Assembly: GCA_040954595.2 (NCBI GenBank)
Contig: CM082577.2
Span: 5,196,301-5,260,300 of the forward strand
Length of the DNA stretch: 64,000 bases
From: Balanoglossus misakiensis
Lineage: Eukaryota > Animalia > Hemichordata
Direction: 5' to 3'
Shown: in pieces, positions 56,132 to 64,000 of the stretch
How positions within the stretch are numbered: the first letter of the stretch is position 1
Layout of the letters: every line of letters starts with the position of its first letter
Made by a program: the position numbers and the translations under genes
Notes under the pieces: model-generated
Seen by the model: only the letters and a program-made list of their open reading frames with translations
The model's database searches: none
Told to the model about the DNA's origin: nothing

Positions 56132-57631
56132 ATGGGACGAAAGCGTGGGCAAGGGGCATATGGCGGGAAAAGGAAAGATGGAAAAGACAGACGACGGCAG
56201 GGACAAGTTGATAAAATGGAGAAATTTACCAGGGATTTAGAAGCAGCATTGGAAGGTGTGTAATGTGTGTGCACATCATGTACATTTGAGTTATGACAAT
56301 ACATACATGCCATACATATACATACATATGTACATACAAACAACAGTTTTCGGTATTAAATTATGTGCCATTCTTTTTCAGATGATTCAGATCACTATGA
56401 AGACACATTGGAAGGTGCATCTGGTACATCTGAGACTGAAGAAATCAAATTTCCGTGTCCACTAGCAATGTGGGATATGGGACACTGTGACCCCAAGAAA
56501 TGTTCAGGACGCAAACTTGCCAGGATGGGTTATGTGAAATCACTGCGACTTTCTCAGAGATTCAGTGGGCTGATTTTATCACCCGTTGGGTCCAAATGCG
56601 TCTCCCCTGAGGACAGGTACATGTAGTTCCAAATGTTAGATCATCATGCTGAGAATTCTTAGCTGATATGTAGAGGCATTAGTGCAGATGTCTGTAATAA
56701 TTTGCACTGGAACTTCAGCGGAAAACCCTTTGTTCATCTTTCCATATTTTCCAGGGAACTGGTAGCGGAGCATGGCATAGCCGTAGTTGATTGTTCATGG
56801 GCCAAGCTGGAAGAAACGCCATTCAAGAAGATGAAAGGAACGCACCTGAGACTCCTGCCGTACCTGATAGCGGCCAATCCCATCAACTACGGCAGACCCT
56901 GCAAACTGTCGTGTGTCGAGGCCTTTGCTGCAACTCTGTACATTGCGGGTAAGAATACCATGACTGTCGTTGCATTATTTTTAAAGCGAAACGTTTAATT
57001 TTTTTTCTGGTCCATCTTAGCTTTTATTCTTTCAAGTCTGCACCATTTGTTTACAGGCTATAAAGAAGTTGGCGAGTACCTGCTTGGGAAATTTAAGTGG
57101 GGTCCAGGCTTCTACGCCATGAACGAAGACGGGCTCGACTTGTATGCGTCCTGCAAGACTGGAGCTGAAGTGATTGAGACGCAGCAGAAGTGGATGGAAC
57201 AGTGTCAGAGAAAACAGGAAGGTGATTGTCACGGTGCAAATGTCTGCTTTTTCGCTCATCAATTGATTCCATTGAATCAAACCACCCAGATTCTTCTTTT
57301 TTTCTTCGAAAAATTGAGTGCTAAGAATTTTTCTGTTCTTCTCAACACAGATTCGGGGGAAGAGAGAGGAATGGGCGTATTCGACAGACAACCGAACTAC
57401 GACCTGCCGCCGTCAGAAAGCGAGGAATCGGACGAGGACGAGGAAAGCGATGCTGCAGAGGAGTTGGCGGGCACCGAAAGCAAAGCTGCGGTGTCTGAAG
57501 AGAGGACTAATAAAGACGTGAATGAGAAAAACTGTGAAACCCCGATGGAAAGAGTTGTTAGTTCACAGACAGACAGTGAAAGCAAAACTCCGGAAGACAC
57601 ACAGGAACCACCTGATGGGGCCAAGAACTGA
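56132..57631 (+). CDS. TSR3: 18S rRNA aminocarboxypropyltransferase TSR3, 332 aa
   Basis: Exons 56132-56255, 56382-56616, 56755-56948, 57057-57221, 57351-57631 (999 nt). Motifs: [55 protein letters not shown], and an acidic tail DLPPSES. Confidence 0.96.
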
Positions 57632-57834
57632 AGTGTTGGACAATGTGGACACAACAATAATCCAATGCATGCTAGGGAATCTGGCCAGGTTTCGTGTGCA
57701 AGCTGAATTCCTAGGAGAAACTTGCAATGTCTGTCTTGGTGTATCTCTACTGCTACTTACTCTGCAACTTCAGTACATGTATTGTTATGTTTCAAATGAA
57801 ATGTCACTTAAACTGTAGATGAATTCTATTTACC

Positions 57835-57847
57835 TTTATTGAATAAA
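57835..57847. terminator. Back-to-back polyadenylation signals for ERCC1 (minus) and TSR3 (plus)
   Basis: TTTATT-G-AATAAA between the two convergent stop codons. Further signals lie at 57870-57875 (minus) and 57971-57976 (plus). Confidence 0.55.
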
Positions 57848-58050
57848 GACAATTTCAACTAATTACTTGTTTATTTTATATAAAAATATATTTACATATT
57901 ATTGTAAAATCAAATTTGCAAGGAAAGAGCAGTGCATACAATCATTCCTCAATATTTACAACTGGAGCCAAATAAATATACATACAACTTTATGTGCAGA
58001 GACATTAGAATTATTTCATTGAATTTGGTCGTACTGGTTGTGGCAACTGC

Positions 58051-61000
58051 TTAGACATGTTTGCTTGTACCGGGTTTGGGTTCTTCTGTCTTGGCTTTCT
58101 TGGATCTCAGAAATGGTTCGTGGAAGATATCTGACAGTCTCTGTGCCTACACACAAAAAAACATTAAACAGAATCAGACAAATATAATCGCTAATTCTCA
58201 CGAATAAAAGATTGAAGCCAAATTTATCTGAATCAAATTTATTATCAGTAGCACTATATAGAGGCAAATTCGTACACACAAATTCTGTACCTCATCTTAC
58301 TATTGTTTCTTTTTTTGTAGCATCTGTAGTTAATACAAAAATGAGGCTGAACCTGAGAATACAGCGCCCTCTCTGGTTTGAATTCATATCAGCATCTCAC
58401 CTTTTGCTGTCCAACCCCTGGACAAAGTGCCAACTCTTCTTTGGTTGCCTTGGCAATGCCCTCCATTGACTGAAAGAAAACATAAAACAACAACAATTAT
58501 TTAACCGTTTCAAACACCATGCTTTGGTCCAAAGCCACTGATTTGCCGTGATAAAGTTGGACCTCAACAGGGATTTTTTGCAGAACAGACCAGTCTCATA
58601 CACATCTGGCCTTGCATACATCGAAATACACTGAAATACAAATGCTTCACCAATCTACTTATCTTCCAGCATCACATTCCATCAAAGCAGATGGAGAAAT
58701 TTGCTCAAACTAGGTGATACCGACTACTAGTCACGTAATTTTGTGTTTAAGCCTGTGTACACTCACCTTAAACGTTGAAAGCAGTGTCACCACATCTGTC
58801 TTGTTAACTTTCTTGACTGTTGTCAGACAATCAGTAGCCTGAGAGATACAAAAAAGACAACTGAGTTCACACAAACAAATACATATCTTTTCTTCTTCAC
58901 AGTACCATCAGTGATGAAAGCAAAATAAATAGGAGTATTAATACATGGATCATCTTACCCTGGAAAGATAATCGCTGTCCACTCTCTCCTTCAACATATC
59001 AGCTGATTTATTTTCGTAAGCCTTGTAGGTTTCTAAATAACGACCTGCTTCTTCGGGGCTGTGGATGAGAAACAAAGTTTGATTTAACAGATGTCCCAAA
59101 TGAATGGAATTAGTTTGTGATACAAATTAGTCCAGTCCACAGTCCTTCCACCATAAGTCTTACCTCCATGCTAAGATTAACGTACAATCAGCAAGAATGG
59201 CGATTTTCGTCAGGTCTTTCACAGCATGGTGAGGGTCTTTCTGTGGAAGCAGAGAAAGGATATTTCAGTGCAAAGAACAAGAATGAACTTGACCACGGCG
59301 GAATACAATATATGTACTGGTATATTGATTTGACACCCAAGTTACCTCCTTCATGATTCACTGCTGTGATTGGGAACGTTTTTCTAAAAAATGTTGATGT
59401 ATCGTGCTATATATGGGCCAACAAAAAGCACAGACTGAGGTGTTGCAAACTGGCATTCTTACCACATCGACTTGTACCAGTAACACTCTGAGTTCATAAC
59501 TTTGCCCGAGCTGTTTCAGTCGATCATGGATATAGTCAGGTTTCAGGTTGTGATACCGTATACTGTTGATATCAAAATGCAAAGACAACACTTTATGAGT
59601 CCACATCCAAGAGTGTTGATATTAAAGGAAATATCATATTCCATCCCTCAAGGAATAACTTGCATGTTCATTACCCATGGTGGAAGAAATGTGTTTACAT
59701 AATTACCAGTACATCTTACATAAAGGTCACCAATGCAAATTTTGCCACCGCTATGGAAAGTCCAAAGTCTAGCAAATCACAAATTAGGGTGGCCACATAA
59801 AAAATGGTGCCACCATACGGTCATTTACCATATGTGGCTTTCTTGATTATGGAGACATTGTTATCTAGTATATATTCCAGTATTACTATTGCAGAAAATA
59901 GATGCACTCAATTGAAAAATAAATTTTAATCTTACCTCAAGAACAACGCACATGTAGTTTTACCTGTGACATAGTCTGGTATGACATCTCCAAATTCCCA
60001 GGGAACGTTTCGTATGTGTTTTAATATTGGATTACCACGCTGGAAAATAATCAAAATAGAATGAAAATTTGTAGAACATATTTATACACTAAGTTGGACA
60101 GAATTAAATTTTCTGCATAAATATATTTTTCCCTAGCCTGAATTCGTGTTAATAAGTACATGTAATAGCTTCACTACACAAACATGTATTACAAGCAAAA
60201 AATGTTCCCATAAGGCCCACTAGACAATACTTGAAAAAGAAAAACTTGGTTTTTAGCTGACCTCTGCGTGGCATCAGCGTTGTCAATTCTTATTAAAGTC
60301 ATGCACGGAAGATAAGTGATTCCAATATCACGACTCCAGAGCTTGTTTCAAGAAAGGAAATTTGATTGTGGCAGTTATGTTTCCATTTTTGCCCAAAATG
60401 ATGAAACCCACGACCTCTACGCGGAGCTAAAACCGAGCAGAATCCTGAGGCAACTTCTAGTGTTTCCATTTTGAGGATGCATTTATAATTGAATTAGTTT
60501 GACAGATGGCACTAGAATGTTGGCTGACACGGTTCCTTTTCAGGTAATCTCTGCGGGCAAGGTACGACTGTTTACTTGTTATTCCACGCTGCTAGATTTC
60601 CAAAGAAAGGCTTTTTTATTAAAGAAATACGTATTTCGCAAGTCTTCGACAGAATTCAATTTACAAAAGTGGATACACGTGGGCAGAGAGAAGGTCATCG
60701 CGTTCCATTATTACTTGTATTTGTGTTATTTTAGTTCTATAAGAGGCTTATACATGTAAGGCCTCCCCCTACACCCTCCTACACACAGAGTCACACACCA
60801 TATTTTCATTTGCTGGATAAAACACTGTTCTCTGATAATCAACAACTCAACATGTCTCAATAGACAAAATAATACTTGCAGCAAGTAACTTCTGTGGAAT
60901 TGAAATATCCCAAATAACTTACAAAAAGGAATTAACTATGCCTCTATGTTGAGACGCAGACAGAAATCCAGCTCCAGCAAGTGCTGTGGGTTCGACTGAT

Positions 61001-62088
61001 CCACTGCCTCGGCACTTACCTGTCTGGGATTGACAATAATAGAATTTGATGATTTTGTGGCAGTGACGGTAGCACCTTGAGCGGGTTTCTCCGTTCCCTG
61101 GGGTCCGGCGTAATGTTTAGTATCTTTCAAATCGGCAAAAGCTTCGGCAAATGTCATTCCCACTTTGCGAGATCCTGGCATTTGATGGCCACAAGTGTCG
61201 GAGTCCCCCGCGTTCGCACCGCTGACGGTGACTGTTTTAGTACTGTTAGAGTCGGCTGCACTCGACGAGTGTGAACCCTGACATATTCCCGGTTTCGGCT
61301 CGGAATTAGTCCTCTTCTTCTCTGGATCTTCTGAGGATGAGTTTGATTTGCCCGCGTCTTGACGAGCAGATGGCAGTGCCGCGGTGTTGAACTGTCGACT
61401 GACTCCACTCCTGAATTGCAGGTTCCTGGCAGGCTTCGTACTTCTTGATGTACCGCCGGTAATGTCCTTTTTCTTATTTTCCTCCTGACCCGAACTTTTC
61501 TTGGCTTCTTGTCTGTCGGTGTTCAACTCGTCTGACCTCTTCCCGCCGTCGGTACCGTATGTCGTGTGTGTCTTGAACAAAGGCTTTACCTGCAACAGAA
61601 CAGATAGAAATGTCTGTCTGTATGTATGTATGTATGTATGTTCGTCTGTCTGTATGTCTGATGTACTACCTCTAGTATGTACCTTGCCTGGGTATATGTG
61701 CCATTTTCTATAGCCATAGTGCACAACCACAATAATTCATAACCCAGCTATGGCTCCATCTACAGCCCTCCTACTGACGTTTTCTGACGGTCATGTGTCT
61801 TTTATGGGCTGATTTGTGACGCCACGATTTTAATATAGCTGTATGTATGTATAGGCATACAACTACAAGATCAGCACTCAGTAGCTGCTCCAGAGTACCA
61901 CATGATGCATATGATTGACACTGTACAATTTAGCCTTGGAGGCTCCACGTTTGCTTTGCTAAAACTATTGCATTCCTGTAGAAACCTATATTGCCATGTT
62001 CAATATTAATACGTACTTTGGGCCGCGCATTGCTGTTTTTTTCAACGTCATCGGGATCCGGTACAACAAACTTCTTTCTCTCAGCCAT
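58051..62088 (-). CDS. ERCC1: DNA excision repair protein ERCC1, 419 aa, 9 coding exons
   Basis: Exons 62017-62088, 61020-61589, 59936-60039, 59463-59562, 59164-59240, 58959-59058, 58767-58838, 58401-58469, 58051-58146 (1260 nt). Motifs: RKKFVVP..|VKPLF, IIVNPRQ|[35 protein letters not shown]|[12 protein letters not shown], HhH region [25 protein letters not shown]. Confidence 0.97.
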
Positions 62089-62429
62089 ATTTTACATGCG
62101 CACTACGCATGCTCGTGCCAGCAAGGTCAAGATAAGGTCAAGATGAAGCTTCGCGCGTGTGTCTTGCAAGGTCGCGATCATACACGCACTGCGGCGGGTC
62201 ATGTCATGGGGAGTTACATTTTATTTGGCTGACATTGCGTTGACGGAGTTGCCATTGATATACATACATGTAGATGCATGGATTGCGTCAAAAGGGAAAG
62301 ACTCACGCATTGCCAAGCAAACTAGGAGCTGGATCAGTGAGAGAAAAAAAAAGAACTTTCACTGGACAAATTTTATTTCATTTTTTATCTACAGCAGCCT
62401 TGCAAAAACAGAACAGGGTGAAAAAGAAA

Positions 62430-62728
62430 AAAGGGATTGAGTCCGACTATATCGGACGGGCTGCTAGCCGCTGCCTATTCACGGGCGCGATCCCACTACT
62501 GCTCCACACGGGGACTTTTGTCTGCTGCGTTTCCGCCCTGGACCGGTACGTCCCTCATTATACGACCTGGTCGTCCTGGCCTCCGCCGGGCCGACCATAT
62601 CGATGCCGAGCTTAGCGCGGACGCCTGATCTACATAGAACAACGACTAACAGGAACCCCGTCCTCAAGCCATTCAACAACCCCGGCCTCCAAGTAGCTAG
62701 ATTACAGGCGCACGCCACAACGCCCAGC
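62430..62728 (-). ncRNA. RN7SL: 7SL RNA (signal recognition particle RNA), full length, about 299 nt
   Basis: The minus strand is colinear with metazoan 7SL: Alu domain GCTGGGCGTTGTGGCGTGCGCCTGTAATCTAGCTACT, then CTAAGCTCGGCATCGATATGGT, helix 8 CAGGGCGGAAACGCAGCAG, then CAGTAGTGGGATCGCGCCCGTGAATAG. It ends at a Pol III T6 terminator (62427-62432). A TATA-like TACAAATA lies at -25 to -32. Confidence 0.96.
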
Positions 62729-63916
62729 CGACAGATGCTGTGAAAAATAACGTATTTGTAGATGGGAGCTGAACAATGGAAGCTCGTTAACAGCCCGCCC
62801 TCTATTTCCCATTGTAAAACCATTTGTTTTTTTGCATCATGATGAAGTGTTTATCTCGTTATTACATTATATTTTGAATGGAGAAGGTAATGCCTTTGTT
62901 GACACGGATTAAATGCATGCCTGATTAAAAAAAACTACAAAAAATCAAAACGAAATATTTCAAATATGATAAGGACTATCTTGTATTTTTAGTCTGTTAA
63001 AATACTAACATAACACAGACTGCCTGTAAACAATCCGAAACAAAATCGCTGCATAAGTTCACACCGTGACCATATCGAAAATTAACATTTTCATCAAGCA
63101 TCCGAATAAACACGACCTAAACATTAGTGCTAACTGCTAACTACATGTTATGTACGGAAAGCGGCCTGGTTACACGCACGAGTGCCCAGTTTAGCTTGCC
63201 TGATTCCCCAGGTAGGCTAATGAGTCCACGGGTTTTAATTGCTATTAGCGTTAATGCAATTATTCTGATGAGTAAGGCTGACATTTCGGCGAAACTAGCT
63301 CTGTTCATCTCGCCGAGATTTTTTCCGGTCCACGCTTATTTACTACTACATGTATTCCAGACTAGAACGCTATCGTCTACACGGTCGACGGGCTGTAGTT
63401 CAGCTGAGGGCTCAGCTCTTGAAGCCATGGCAAATTCACGAGACTCAAGTTGAAATTTGTTCTTGTCCACGTCCATACTCAGAGAGTTCCGATTTATACC
63501 CGAAAAAGCAATCCAGATAGAACTGTTATTTAATCGATAAAGACGAACGTTGTCAGTCTGAGTACTGTAGAAACGATTTTTCTCACCTCCTTGCGAAACC
63601 GGAGCTCCATTATAGATCACACGTTGCAAAAACATGTACGGATGTCACGAGAAAATTGTCATCTCAGAAATAACAGCGGAAAAACCTCGAAGACTTCTTG
63701 TACATATTTATTCGGCGTGACAATTTTGTAATTTGCAATTGACAAAAAAAAAAACCACTACACAAAACGCAAAATTGACACGAATAATGAGAATTAAACC
63801 CAGACTGAAATAAGATGATGTCTCATCCAAGGATATGTAGAAATTTTCTCCTCGGTTCTGAACGAAATTGCGAAGCCGCATCTGTGATGTCAGGAAGCGC
63901 CCGTTGAAAATCTAAA

Positions 63917-63930
63917 GTTACCATAGCAAC
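63917..63930. promoter_or_regulatory. RFX X-box, possibly the promoter of the next gene beyond the window edge
   Basis: GTTACCATAGCAAC fits the X-box consensus and is followed by a plausible donor AGAT|GTAAGG near 63951. Confidence 0.45.
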
Positions 63931-64000
63931 CAGTCGGTCGTGCAGGCAGATGTAAGGGTATGTCTGCACCTTTAATGAACGTAGGTATAACAAAGCGTCC

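Noticed and set aside
62274-62823. GC-rich ORFs of 113, 63 and 114 aa
   Set aside because: They overlap the 7SL RNA gene; the open frames follow from its GC content.
63266-63301. Hammerhead-like CTGATGA...GAAAC core
   Set aside because: An extra GTAAG interrupts stem II, and I could not form stems I and III around an NUH site. At most it is a decayed Penelope-type remnant.

Overview
Eukaryotic, intron-rich, AT-rich animal DNA. It looks like a marine invertebrate deuterostome (hemichordate/amphioxus-like), which is an inference only. The left 37 kb holds three tetraspan genes of the claudin/PMP22 superfamily. Gene A is partial (minus), gene B is complete (4 exons, minus) and gene C is complete (4 exons, plus). 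Their motifs and exon layout are closest to the CACNG/TARP-TMEM114/235 branch. The right 22 kb is a compact housekeeping block. WASHC2/FAM21 (30 exons, minus, about 1641 aa) is head-to-head with TSR3 (5 exons, plus), which is tail-to-tail with ERCC1 (9 exons, minus). A full-length 7SL/SRP RNA gene (minus) lies about 340 bp upstream of the ERCC1 start codon. Introns and intergenic DNA contain MITE families, a decayed LINE 3' fragment and microsatellites. All exon structures were built by hand from GT-AG sites with phase checks, and every complete model closes in frame. No database search was run, and comparisons to human genes are from memory. I found no clearly new biological system; the best lead is the TARP-like gene cluster.
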